This document shows positions 45,555 to 54,318 of a stretch of 64,000 nt of DNA, piece after piece. A model generated the notes under the pieces. That model had not been told where the DNA came from and ran no database searches. It saw only the letters and a program-made list of their open reading frames with translations. The DNA is taken from NCBI GenBank assembly GCA_947625115.1, contig CANQND010000002.1:3692-67691 (forward strand), given 5' to 3'. Made by a program: the position numbers and the translations under genes. The stretch is from an uncultured Clostridia bacterium. Lineage in GTDB: Bacteria; Bacillota; Clostridia; Christensenellales; CAG-314. Numbering within the stretch: position 1 is the stretch's first letter; every line of letters begins with the position of its first letter.

Positions 45555-45567
45555 AAATTTCTCCCAA

Positions 45568-47604
45568 TTAGTCTGCGCCCTCTATCTTTATGGTAAAGTC
45601 TTGCGCCCTAAGCTCGATGTCGTTTGCCCAAACGTAGGTTTCTCCCGTAAGATCGGAGGATTTTTCGGGCAGGTATCTTATTTTTACGCGCACACCGCTG
45701 TTGGCTTCTTCCGATTTCCCCACAAAGGGCTTGGCTATGCCGTTTGCGTCGAATTGTATCCCCGCCTCGAAGTTAAACCTGCGCTCACTGCCCGTCAACC
45801 TGTCGAAAACGGACAGCAATTGCACCCGCGTATCGTTGTGGTAAAACATAACCGCGGCTTCCTTTTCGGTGTTGCGCCGACGGAAGTCTATCTTCTTTTC
45901 CAACATACGCTCGTAGGACTTGGTCTTGCCCGAATTGTCGAACAAAAACAGTCCCGTACTCTCGTAACGAAGCCCCTCGTCTTTGTACATCTGCCGTTCC
46001 AGCTCTCTTTTTGTCAGGGACATTGAAAAAATCAACAACGAACCCGACAAGCACGGCGGCACGTTATACTTGTAGTGAACACATTCGCCGTTTTCGGAGA
46101 TTTCGTAACCCTTGTCCACCAACAAAGAAAATATGCAACGGCGATTGTTGCCCTCTCCCAAGTAAATATCCGTACCGTATGTCAGAGATGTAAGCGTTGC
46201 AACCTTTATGTTGTTCAGCGCGGCAAGCGCGCAACCCACTGCGGGAGCGTAAACCGCGTCCTCGTGCGCAAAAATGGCAAAGCTGTCCTCGCTGTCGTAT
46301 TGGCGGTCCGTTCCCTCAAAGGTTCCGACGGCAACTTTGCGTTTTCTGCCGCCCATCTTCGCCTTGATGGCTTCCACCAGACGATAGGTTTCCACCACTC
46401 CGCCCGTTATGAACACGTGTTCGACGTTGCGGTTAATGTTTTTGTCCAACTCGTTTACAATGTAGCGGTAAAGTTTTTCGGCGAAAGAATCTTCCAAAAT
46501 TTTACCGTTGACGTCCACGCCCACGCAATTTGCAAATTCGTCGTGAGTGAGTTTCAACCTTATGTTCAGATCGCGAATAACGTTTATCGGAACGCCGTCT
46601 TTGAAAAGGCTGTCCTCTTTGCCGTACATTCCGAAAAAGATTTTCGCCATTTTTATTTCTTTCAGAAACAGGTATTGCTTGGTGAGCAAGCCTCTTTCGT
46701 AAACGTGTCCGTCGCTGCCCGCCGACGGCGAACCCATCGTTTCGCGATCTTCCATACGCCGCTCCAAAAAATTGGCTACGGCGTTGTCGATGTCGTTTCC
46801 GCCGAGATCTATGGGGCTGCTGTGTCCCTCCAAACCGTCGATGGACACGCCCGAACGCTGAATGTTGGTTTTGGCGACAAACGTTTTGTCCTCGCCCACG
46901 TTGAACACAAGCGCGCTTTGCCCCTCGGAGATTATGCCGCGTTGCTTGGCGTAAATGCTCAACGCTTTGGTCATACTGAGTACGGTGTGGATCTTCCAAC
47001 GTTTATCGAAGCCGTTCAACACGATACGTTTGAGTTCGGAAATGAATTCTTGCCCGATATTGGGAGGATAAACCAACGAAAGTTGCAATGTGTAGTCGCT
47101 GTTGAGCTGATCGGCGATACATTTTATGCGCCGCTCCACCAATTTGCCGATATACTTAAAGTACTGTTCGCAAACGGACTTGGGGGTTGTTTTGCTTACT
47201 TCAAAGGTTTTGTTCTGCTCTATCAGCTTGGAAAAATCCGATTCCGTTTTCGTTTCCAGCGGAAAAATGAATTTGGGAAAATGATTGCCCGAATTGTAGT
47301 ACTTGACGTTGGAGTTGTAGACGCTTTCCGTCAGACTGCTTTTGCGTTGCAACAGCGTTAAAAGCTGTTTTATCTTTACGACCGTCAAATAACTGTTGGA
47401 CTGCTGCTCCGTAACTTCGTCGGCAAAATACCAAGCGTTTTTGTCTTGATTGAAATAGGCAACGGCAGGCAACGCCATCAAGGACGTACCGTCGGGAACG
47501 ATCTTGCCCCACCTTTCCTCGCCGTAAAGTTTGTAGGCGAAAACGACTTTCAGCGTGTCGCTGCCCAGATCCAATGCGACGTGGATATTTGTTGTGAAAT
47601 TCAT
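45568..47604 (-). CDS. g1: Hsp70/actin-fold (ASKHA) ATPase-like protein, divergent (678 aa)
   Basis: ORF-track start 47643 is a TTG. I prefer ATG 47604 (MNFTTNIHVALDLGSDTLKV) with a GGAG 9 nt upstream. The phosphate-1-like motif is 'ALDLGSDT'. The phosphate-2-like motif is 'ALVFNVGEDKTFV'. The adenosine-like motif is 'VFITGGVVETYRLVEAIK'. The nucleotide-binding-like domain is about 450 aa and is followed by a beta-rich tail of about 230 aa. No EEVD tail. Confidence 0.65.
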   Translation of the reverse strand: MNFTTNIHVALDLGSDTLKVVFAYKLYGEERWGKIVPDGTSLMALPAVAYFNQDKNAWYFADEVTEQQSNSYLTVVKIKQLLTLLQRKSSLTESVYNSNVKYYNSGNHFPKFIFPLETKTESDFSKLIEQNKTFEVSKTTPKSVCEQYFKYIGKLVERRIKCIADQLNSDYTLQLSLVYPPNIGQEFISELKRIVLNGFDKRWKIHTVLSMTKALSIYAKQRGIISEGQSALVFNVGEDKTFVAKTNIQRSGVSIDGLEGHSSPIDLGGNDIDNAVANFLERRMEDRETMGSPSAGSDGHVYERGLLTKQYLFLKEIKMAKIFFGMYGKEDSLFKDGVPINVIRDLNIRLKLTHDEFANCVGVDVNGKILEDSFAEKLYRYIVNELDKNINRNVEHVFITGGVVETYRLVEAIKAKMGGRKRKVAVGTFEGTDRQYDSEDSFAIFAHEDAVYAPAVGCALAALNNIKVATLTSLTYGTDIYLGEGNNRRCIFSLLVDKGYEISENGECVHYKYNVPPCLSGSLLIFSMSLTKRELERQMYKDEGLRYESTGLFLFDNSGKTKSYERMLEKKIDFRRRNTEKEAAVMFYHNDTRVQLLSVFDRLTGSERRFNFEAGIQFDANGIAKPFVGKSEEANSGVRVKIRYLPEKSSDLTGETYVWANDIELRAQDFTIKIEGAD

Positions 47605-47672
47605 TTTCTTCCGCTCCGTGTTTACCGCTGTGTCAATTATCAACGATAAATGTCAAAATCTGCTAACTTAAT

Positions 47673-47700
47673 ATTATATCATAAATAAAACCTGTGTCAA
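47673..47700 (-). promoter_or_regulatory. near-consensus sigma-A promoter (extended -10) of the 10-gene operon
   Basis: Minus strand: TTGACA (47695-47700), 16-nt spacer ending in TGa, TATAAT (47673-47678). About 70 nt upstream of the g1 ATG. Confidence 0.7.
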
Positions 47701-47836
47701 GATGTACAATGAGATTTCGTCGCATATATATTACATTTTCTTATATAACAAGTGGCTGCCGCAACTTTTTTGCCCGCCGCGACGACCGAAGCGAGGCATT
47801 TTGGTTGGGGGATACGCGAGCGACAAGCGAGGAACG

Positions 47837-47868
47837 AACAAGAAGCCCCGAAATCGAGGCTTCTTGTT
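47837..47868. terminator. strong hairpin between the sugar locus and the 10-gene operon (terminator-like, orientation ambiguous)
   Basis: AACAAGAAGCC (47837-47847), 10-nt loop, GGCTTCTTGTT (47858-47868). The T-rich tail (CCTTTATTTG) is on the plus strand only. No U-tract lies on the minus strand, which is where the upstream gene (stop 47909) is read. Confidence 0.35.
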
Positions 47869-47908
47869 CCTTTATTTGCAGAGGAGCAAATATCGGTTAA
47901 ATGTGTTG

Positions 47909-50377
47909 TTAGGCAGCTTCCTTGCAGAACAGTGCTTGGGTTATCTCAAAGCTACCTGCATCGCCCGGCATAGAATTCATATCAAGGAATATTCTAAATT
48001 CCACAATTCCTGTCAGACCGGAAACGTCAATGGTAACTGTCTGTTCTTCACCTGTCAAAAGGCCCTCGTCACCATCGTTACCCTCATATTTCTTTTCGGT
48101 TGTGCCAACTTTGATTATAGCACTGTGTCCTTGCAAGCCCTTGAAAGTGATCGTGATATGATCATAACCGCCCTCACCGAGGTCGATCCAAGCAAGAATG
48201 CTATCCCAACCTGCCGCCGCGTAGGTGACAGTTGTCTTGCCGTTTGCGTATTCAATATCACAGCGTTCGCCATCTTTGGGAGCATTGAGCCAAAGACCAT
48301 TTGCGTCATAGTCTTTTGTTGTGTCAGCTTTGCCTGCAACATACATAAATTGAGCCTTGCTCACTTTAATTTCACCGGCAGGAACACCCTGATCACTAAG
48401 ACCGGCGAAAATACGCACGGTCACATCGCCTGTTCTCGGTTTATCGAGAGGAATGGCTACCGTTTGCCACTCGCCTGTAAATTTGCCGAAATCTCCTTCT
48501 CCGCCATTACCTTCAAAATGAGCTTCGAATTTCTTTTGGTCGGAAAACTCTACACTGAGAATACCTACTGTATTTGCGGTACCTTTTACTTCCCAAAGAA
48601 CATAGTTCAAGGGTGCGCCCTCGATCTTGGCGGTCGCGGTCGCGGCAGACCAGCTGTTGTTTTCAATGTAAGAAAGAGTGTAAACACCATTCTTCCCGTC
48701 TACGTTGTCGGCAGGTCCTGAAATTGTCCAATGATCATTGCCGTCTGCATCTGTCCAACCGGAATTGAAGCTGTTGAGCAAATCGGTGGGATAGGATCCG
48801 TCCTCCGGTTCGGGTTCGGGGGTTACCGTGCCTTTGCCGAATTCCATACTGTAAATTGTGAATTCGCCAGAGAGTCCTTTTTCGCCTCCACCTGCACTAG
48901 TGACACCAACAAAGAATAAGATTTTAAGATCGGAATTCCAATCTGCATTAAGACCGCTGATGTCGAGAACCTCGGTCTGCTCGCTTCCTGTAAATGTCAG
49001 GAAGTAACTATCTTTTTGTCGATCGTAGGGCTTCACCAAAAAGCCAACGCCCTCGGGACCCTTTACCTTGATTGTAAGAGTGGTCATATTTTGAAGAGCG
49101 GCACCCTTAACATAAGTATACATATAGGGCCATTCGAGATTGCCTTTTACATAGTGAACATTGACGGAGTTGTCCGTTGCGTTGAGGGAGGGCGTGTACA
49201 CGCCGAAATCGTAGCTGAACCACTCGGTACTAACCTTGCCGTCGGTTTCGGTGATCTCCTTAGCGGTGTACATAGGAACAGCCTTGTCTGTGGAGAACTC
49301 GGCTTTTACGATAGTGAAGTCACCCTCGGCAGAGCCGTTACCCGTTTCCCAAATGACATAAATCTTGTTTTGAGCTTGTGCTTCGGCTACTTTGTCGGTC
49401 TTGGCAAATTTATGCGCAAATTCCTCGGTGGGGTTGCCTTGCTCATCGTTGACTTTTGCCTGAGTGAAGCCGGAAACGTCCACTTCGATAGTAAACTCTT
49501 TGTTATCCAAATCATCGGGAACGGTGGCTTGAACCTCGTAGAAGTCGAAGGGCTTGACGGCAATCAATGTGCCTGCGGGAGCCTTGACTGTGAGTTTGAA
49601 AGAGTTAATCGCGCTCATCGTTTCGGCATCGCTATACACAAATGCCAACAGAGCATTGTACCAAAATTCCTGATGAGTCTTTCTCTTGCCGTGAACGGTG
49701 TAGCTACCGTCTTGGTTTTGTGCGTCTACTTTGTAAATGCCGCGACCGTCATCGTACCAACCTGCGTTGACAGTTTTGCTTTCCGCCGTGATTTGGTTCC
49801 AAGCTGCGGTTTCGGGCAGGGGACTGCCTGCGGGCAGTTGGTAAGCCGTGGCGCGGTTTGCCTCGTTGATATCGCGGTCGGTGAGGTACATCTCGGAGAT
49901 GGTGATCTTACCTGTTACATCTCTCCAACCTGCATCGGCAAACAGCAAGATAACGTTTTTGCTTGCAAGATTGTAGTCGGAAACGTCAATCTCGTAGGTC
50001 TTTTCCGTAGAGGAAAGTTCAAAGTTGAATTCTCTTGCGTCTGCACCGTCGCCGAATTTGACGAGCAGAGTACTCCACTCGGCGGTCGTCGTCATCGAAG
50101 CGGTCAAAACGAATGTTTTGTAGCTTTCCTTTTCTTCCGCACCGAGCGGACCGCTTACATATTGGTACGTATCCGTCTTGGTGTAGTCCAAAACAAGTTT
50201 GCCGCCTGTGGTGTTGATGTCGTAGATATTACGGTCGCCAACACTCCACAAGTTTGCGTTGCTTGTCAAAACGTCCCAACGGTTCTCCTTGGTGTTGTCG
50301 CACGCGACAACGAGGAAAGAAGAAACGATCATGACCAAGCTCAGCAGAACAGCTATTGCAATTTTCTTTGCTTTCAT
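47909..50377 (-). CDS. lipoprotein with five tandem beta-sandwich (CBM-like) modules
   Basis: ORF 47909..50458, trimmed to ATG 50377 (RBS AAAGGAGA). 'MKAKKIAIAVLLSLVMIVSSFLVVAC' is a signal peptide plus lipobox. There are five modules of about 150 aa, each ending in a similar strand: 'GKITISEMYLTD', 'GDFTIVKAEFSTD', 'GEFTIYSMEFGKG', 'GEIKVSKAQFMYV', 'GSFEITQALFCKE'. Confidence 0.6.
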   Translation of the reverse strand: MKAKKIAIAVLLSLVMIVSSFLVVACDNTKENRWDVLTSNANLWSVGDRNIYDINTTGGKLVLDYTKTDTYQYVSGPLGAEEKESYKTFVLTASMTTTAEWSTLLVKFGDGADAREFNFELSSTEKTYEIDVSDYNLASKNVILLFADAGWRDVTGKITISEMYLTDRDINEANRATAYQLPAGSPLPETAAWNQITAESKTVNAGWYDDGRGIYKVDAQNQDGSYTVHGKRKTHQEFWYNALLAFVYSDAETMSAINSFKLTVKAPAGTLIAVKPFDFYEVQATVPDDLDNKEFTIEVDVSGFTQAKVNDEQGNPTEEFAHKFAKTDKVAEAQAQNKIYVIWETGNGSAEGDFTIVKAEFSTDKAVPMYTAKEITETDGKVSTEWFSYDFGVYTPSLNATDNSVNVHYVKGNLEWPYMYTYVKGAALQNMTTLTIKVKGPEGVGFLVKPYDRQKDSYFLTFTGSEQTEVLDISGLNADWNSDLKILFFVGVTSAGGGEKGLSGEFTIYSMEFGKGTVTPEPEPEDGSYPTDLLNSFNSGWTDADGNDHWTISGPADNVDGKNGVYTLSYIENNSWSAATATAKIEGAPLNYVLWEVKGTANTVGILSVEFSDQKKFEAHFEGNGGEGDFGKFTGEWQTVAIPLDKPRTGDVTVRIFAGLSDQGVPAGEIKVSKAQFMYVAGKADTTKDYDANGLWLNAPKDGERCDIEYANGKTTVTYAAAGWDSILAWIDLGEGGYDHITITFKGLQGHSAIIKVGTTEKKYEGNDGDEGLLTGEEQTVTIDVSGLTGIVEFRIFLDMNSMPGDAGSFEITQALFCKEAA

Positions 50378-50476
50378 TGTTTTTCTCCTTTTTTTATTAT
50401 TTTTTTGTATGTTCACTCGGCAGAGCCGAATTGATACCTTTGTGTTAGTTGTGTGCAATTTTGCTCAAAAAGCATA

Positions 50477-51610
50477 TCAGCGTTTGAGCAGAGTTTCTTC
50501 GGTGTCGTAGTCGAACAGTTGAATGTGTTGCGTGTCCACGTAGAGAACGATCTTGTCCTCCTGCTCTACTCTGCAACGAGAGCCGCCGCGCACCACGATT
50601 TCGCTATCGGTGCCGTCGATAGAACAGTAGATCAACGTTTCATTGCCGAGTTTTTCGGTGACGTTGACGGTCGCCTTGATAGCGGCTTCGGGATAGCTCT
50701 CTGCCCATTCCTCGCCGTAGTGAACGTCCTCGGGACGAACGCCCAATACAAATTGACGTTTGTTTACTTCTTCTACGGTTAGACGCTTGACCGTTTCGGG
50801 GTGAATGAGCAGGCGGTTGCGACCTATGCGCGCGTAGATCTTGCGATCCTTGCCCTCGCCCTCCTCTTCCATTGTCACGTCGAGGAAGTTCATCTGCGGG
50901 GTGCCGATAAAGCCCGCGACAAACTTATTTGCAGGGTAGCTGTAAAGGTTGTCGGGGGTGTCTACTTGCTGAATAAGACCGTCTTTCATAACCACGATAC
51001 GGGTACCCATAGTCATAGCCTCGGTTTGGTCGTGGGTGACGTAGATAAAGGTTGCTTGCAGTTGATTGTGCAACTTGATGATCTCCGTACGCATTTGCGT
51101 GCGCATTTTTGCGTCCAAGTTGGAAAGAGGCTCGTCCAACAGGAACACCTTGGGATCGCGCACTATCGCGCGACCGAGAGCGACGCGCTGGCGTTGTCCG
51201 CCGGAAAGGTTCTTGGGTTTGCGGTCGAGGTAGTCTTCCAAGCCCAATATCTTTGCCGCCGCTTTTACCTTTTGCTCGATTTCCTTTTTGGGGACTTTCC
51301 TTAGGCGCAGACCGAAAGACATATTTTCAAACACGGTCATATAGGGGTACAGCGCGTAGTTTTGGAACACCATCGCTATATCTCTATCCTTTGGTTCTAC
51401 GTTGTTGACGCGTCTGTCATCGATGTACAGATCGCCCTCGCTGATCTCCTCCAACCCCGCGATCATTCTGAGGGTGGTGGATTTGCCGCAACCCGAGGGA
51501 CCGACGAACACGACAAATTCCTTGTCGTGAATTTCAAGGTTGAAGTCGTGAACCGCACGGACTCCGCCGGGGTACACTTTTGCAATGTTTTTGAGTGATA
51601 TGTTTGCCAT
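50477..51610 (-). CDS. msmK: sugar ABC transporter ATP-binding protein (MsmK/MalK/UgpC type)
   Basis: ORF 50477..51793, trimmed to ATG 51610 (RBS AGGAGGAG). Walker A 'GPSGCGKST'. '[14 protein letters not shown]'. '[11 protein letters not shown]'. C-terminal regulatory (TOBE-like) domain. Confidence 0.9.
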   Translation of the reverse strand: MANISLKNIAKVYPGGVRAVHDFNLEIHDKEFVVFVGPSGCGKSTTLRMIAGLEEISEGDLYIDDRRVNNVEPKDRDIAMVFQNYALYPYMTVFENMSFGLRLRKVPKKEIEQKVKAAAKILGLEDYLDRKPKNLSGGQRQRVALGRAIVRDPKVFLLDEPLSNLDAKMRTQMRTEIIKLHNQLQATFIYVTHDQTEAMTMGTRIVVMKDGLIQQVDTPDNLYSYPANKFVAGFIGTPQMNFLDVTMEEEGEGKDRKIYARIGRNRLLIHPETVKRLTVEEVNKRQFVLGVRPEDVHYGEEWAESYPEAAIKATVNVTEKLGNETLIYCSIDGTDSEIVVRGGSRCRVEQEDKIVLYVDTQHIQLFDYDTEETLLKR

Positions 51611-51689
51611 TTGCTCCTCCTGAATGGTGACTGTTTTGCCACACTGTTTTTTTTTGTTTTGTATTTTTTCCGCACAAGGCGGTTGTTGC

Positions 51690-52928
51690 CTACTCTGTCG
51701 GCTTGGGCGCAAAGCCCAACTTGTGCATTGCCGCACGAATTTCCGAAAGGGAATTGAAACACTTCCACACCGTGCGCTTGTAGTAGTTGGCACCCATAAG
51801 CAGGGTTATGCCTTTGTCTATCCCGATGTAGCACTTGGTGTGCCAGCCCTGCGCGGCGTTGAAACTGTCGTAAAGCCCGTAGCGGCCGTTGAGAGCGGCA
51901 CATTGCTTGTAGGTGAGGGCTAAGCTAAGCGCGTGCTTGTCGTCGAACACAACGCTTGCCAACGCGGCATACGGCGCAACTGTGCCGTCGGAAACGTTTT
52001 CGCTGTTGTTATTGCCGCTGGGAGTGCTGCCTATGCGACCGTTGTAGCCGCCGAGAACGGCGCAACTGCTCAGACCCCACACGCCGTTGGGGTACAAATC
52101 GGGTTGGGACGCGCAAAACAATCTGTCGTTCTTCACCGCCTTGACGGAGTTGGCGAACCAATCCACGCCAAACGGGTCTACCTTGCCGTTGAAATCCACA
52201 AAGGCGTGACTGAATTGGTGAGCGAACAGACTGCCGAACCATGTGTGAATGAAGTCGTCGCCATCTGCCGTTTTGCCCAAAAGCCTGCCAAAGCAGTTGT
52301 ACGCCTCGTTGGCGCATTGGGCGTTGTTGGCTGCCGCCAACACGTAGATGATCAGTTGTTCGGCGTAGAAATCCCAATGGACGCTCATACCGCTATCGTA
52401 GCAAGCCATAAAGAAATGCTTGTGGGTGGGGTCGAAAAACCAATCCCATTCGGCACGGCGCACCAACTTGCGCGCCATTTTGAGAGTGTTTCCGCCGAAG
52501 TACGCCCCAGCGGTGAGCGCGCCGCAAAACAACAACGCGCTGTCGATTGTGGAAAGTTCGCTGTTGCGGTACCGCGTGCCGTCCGCCATGCTGTAAAAGT
52601 GGTACAAAAAACCGTGATCCTGTTGCAAGCCCAACAGCGTTGTCAACGCGCCGTCGCAAATACCCTTGGCGGTGTTGCGCTCTATCCAACCGAAATCCAC
52701 GCCCACTGCCATTGCAGCCAGCATAAAGCCGTTGGAGGCTACGGAACAAACCTTTTTGTAGTTGGGAACTGTGTCGGGCATAAGCCCAAACGTTTGCTGT
52801 TCGCGCGAGAAGTTGTCCAGAAAAAATCGAAAGCAACTTTGCATTTCGTCCAACAACGGTTGGTCGCACGGTCTTTCTTTGAAATACTTGCGGGGCGCGG
52901 CTTGCGCGCCGTCGGTGTGTGCGTTCAT
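51690..52928 (-). CDS. cytoplasmic 'putative glucoamylase' family protein (PF10091/GH144-like)
   Basis: 412 aa with no signal peptide. '[15 protein letters not shown]', '[41 protein letters not shown]', '[14 protein letters not shown]'. These motifs are shared with the neighbouring paralog. I associate them, from memory, with the GH144 endo-beta-1,2-glucanase family. Confidence 0.55.
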   Translation of the reverse strand: MNAHTDGAQAAPRKYFKERPCDQPLLDEMQSCFRFFLDNFSREQQTFGLMPDTVPNYKKVCSVASNGFMLAAMAVGVDFGWIERNTAKGICDGALTTLLGLQQDHGFLYHFYSMADGTRYRNSELSTIDSALLFCGALTAGAYFGGNTLKMARKLVRRAEWDWFFDPTHKHFFMACYDSGMSVHWDFYAEQLIIYVLAAANNAQCANEAYNCFGRLLGKTADGDDFIHTWFGSLFAHQFSHAFVDFNGKVDPFGVDWFANSVKAVKNDRLFCASQPDLYPNGVWGLSSCAVLGGYNGRIGSTPSGNNNSENVSDGTVAPYAALASVVFDDKHALSLALTYKQCAALNGRYGLYDSFNAAQGWHTKCYIGIDKGITLLMGANYYKRTVWKCFNSLSEIRAAMHKLGFAPKPTE

Positions 52929-52934
52929 ATTCTC

Positions 52935-54308
52935 CTATGCGGCAGTGAAGCCCAAAGCGTCAAGCCCGTTTTGCAGGTACTCGTTGCCGTTGGTGAGCGT
53001 CCAGATGCCATCGGTGATATAGTTGTACAGCATACAAAGGGTTATGCCCTTGTCGATGCCGATATAGGACGAGGCGTAAAAGTTCTTGTCCAGATTGTAG
53101 CTGTCCACCAACCCGTAGCGACCGTTTAGCTTGTTGTCCTTGTTGAAAGCGGCAAGAGCTTCCAACGATTGCTCGGGAGTGAACACTACGCTGCCCAACG
53201 CGCCGCAGGGCGCAACCGTTGACGCATTCAGCTGATAGGCGGCGCGCTCGTCGGAGGAGGCATATTTCGGATCCCAACCGCGCGTACCGCTACCGATAAA
53301 GCCGCAGTAGACGTTGTTTACGCCATCGCAAGCCGTAAGTCCCCACACGCCGTTGCGGAATGTCTTGTAGGTGTTGGAGTTATCCTTGCAGTACTCGTAG
53401 TCGGCGAGGGACGCCTGAACGGAGTTTTCCCACCAATCGGTGCCTTGTTCGTCCGTTTTGTTGCGGAAATCGATAAAGGCGTGGCTGAATTGATAGGTGA
53501 ATATGCTTCCGAACCAACTGTAATAAAATCTGTGACCGTTGTAGTTGCCTTGCTTGCGCGTAAACGCGTAGTACTCGGAGTCGTCAAGGCGGTAAGCCTC
53601 GTTGGGGCTGCCTGCGCCGAGAACGTAGATCATAAGCTGTTCTGCATAGAAATCCCACGGTCCGCTTGGATTGTTGCCGTTAAACGTCATTGCAATGCAG
53701 GGCTGTGTGCCGTTGTTGTTCATACGCATAGACGTCCAATCCACGTTGGAGTAGATTTGATTTGCAAGACGCTCCACTTCTCCGCCGAAGTACTCGGCTG
53801 CCGTAAGCGCGCCGCACAGCATTATCGCCGTGTCGATGGAGGAATACTCGCTGCCCGAAACGGGTTTTGCCGTGGACATATCCAAAAAGTGGGTAAAGAA
53901 GCCGTTTTTGGTAGCGTTGGACTCGGGATTCGTTTGAAGATCGAGCAACGTGCGGAGAGTACCCTCGGCGCGAGCTTGCGCCTCGTCATTGGTGACATAG
54001 CCCTGCTCTACGCCTATTACGTAGGCGGCAAGACCAAAGCCCACAGAGGCAATGGACGCAGGACTGTCGTTTTCGCCATATGCCTGCACGTAGTTTGCGC
54101 GGTCGGCAACAAGACCGTAGGCGGGAGAACCCTCGCGCGTTTGCGTTTCGTTCCAAAAGAAATCGAAACTGCCGCGCATTTCCTTTTCTATCAGGTTGCC
54201 GTACTTTTTTACCAACTGTTCCTTGGTGGGTTCGCCGCAAGCGGCAAAGCACCCCAACAGCAGTACGACAAGCATTACTATACAAATCAGTTTGAGATAT
54301 TTTTTCAT
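52935..54308 (-). CDS. lipoprotein paralog of the 'putative glucoamylase' family (PF10091/GH144-like)
   Basis: 'MKKYLKLICIVMLVVLLLGCFAAC' is a lipoprotein signal. 'SIASVGFGLAAYVIG', 'GFFTHFLDMSTAKPVSGSEYSSIDTAIMLCGALTAAEYFGG', 'DFYAEQLMIYVLGAG'. Confidence 0.55.
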   Translation of the reverse strand: MKKYLKLICIVMLVVLLLGCFAACGEPTKEQLVKKYGNLIEKEMRGSFDFFWNETQTREGSPAYGLVADRANYVQAYGENDSPASIASVGFGLAAYVIGVEQGYVTNDEAQARAEGTLRTLLDLQTNPESNATKNGFFTHFLDMSTAKPVSGSEYSSIDTAIMLCGALTAAEYFGGEVERLANQIYSNVDWTSMRMNNNGTQPCIAMTFNGNNPSGPWDFYAEQLMIYVLGAGSPNEAYRLDDSEYYAFTRKQGNYNGHRFYYSWFGSIFTYQFSHAFIDFRNKTDEQGTDWWENSVQASLADYEYCKDNSNTYKTFRNGVWGLTACDGVNNVYCGFIGSGTRGWDPKYASSDERAAYQLNASTVAPCGALGSVVFTPEQSLEALAAFNKDNKLNGRYGLVDSYNLDKNFYASSYIGIDKGITLCMLYNYITDGIWTLTNGNEYLQNGLDALGFTAA

Positions 54309-54318
54309 ACAGCCTCTC

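Noticed and set aside
24585-47700. The 23-kb cluster as a prophage, ICE or transposon, or as a known R-M, BREX, DISARM, Zorya or Druantia locus.
   Set aside because: I recognised no integrase, transposase, capsid, terminase or conjugation genes, no flanking tRNA and no obvious direct repeats. I also recognised no methyltransferase, PglZ, MotAB-like or DUF1998 hallmark genes. Composition looks similar to the flanks by eye; this was not computed.
47701-47908. Small plus-strand ORFs (47694..47900 and 47752..47973), or an sRNA ending at the 47837-47868 hairpin, whose T-tail is on the plus strand.
   Set aside because: The ORFs have no RBS and nonsense-like composition. A plus-strand sRNA is conceivable, but I could not find a convincing plus-strand promoter. 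It is kept only as an orientation-ambiguous hairpin in the feature list.
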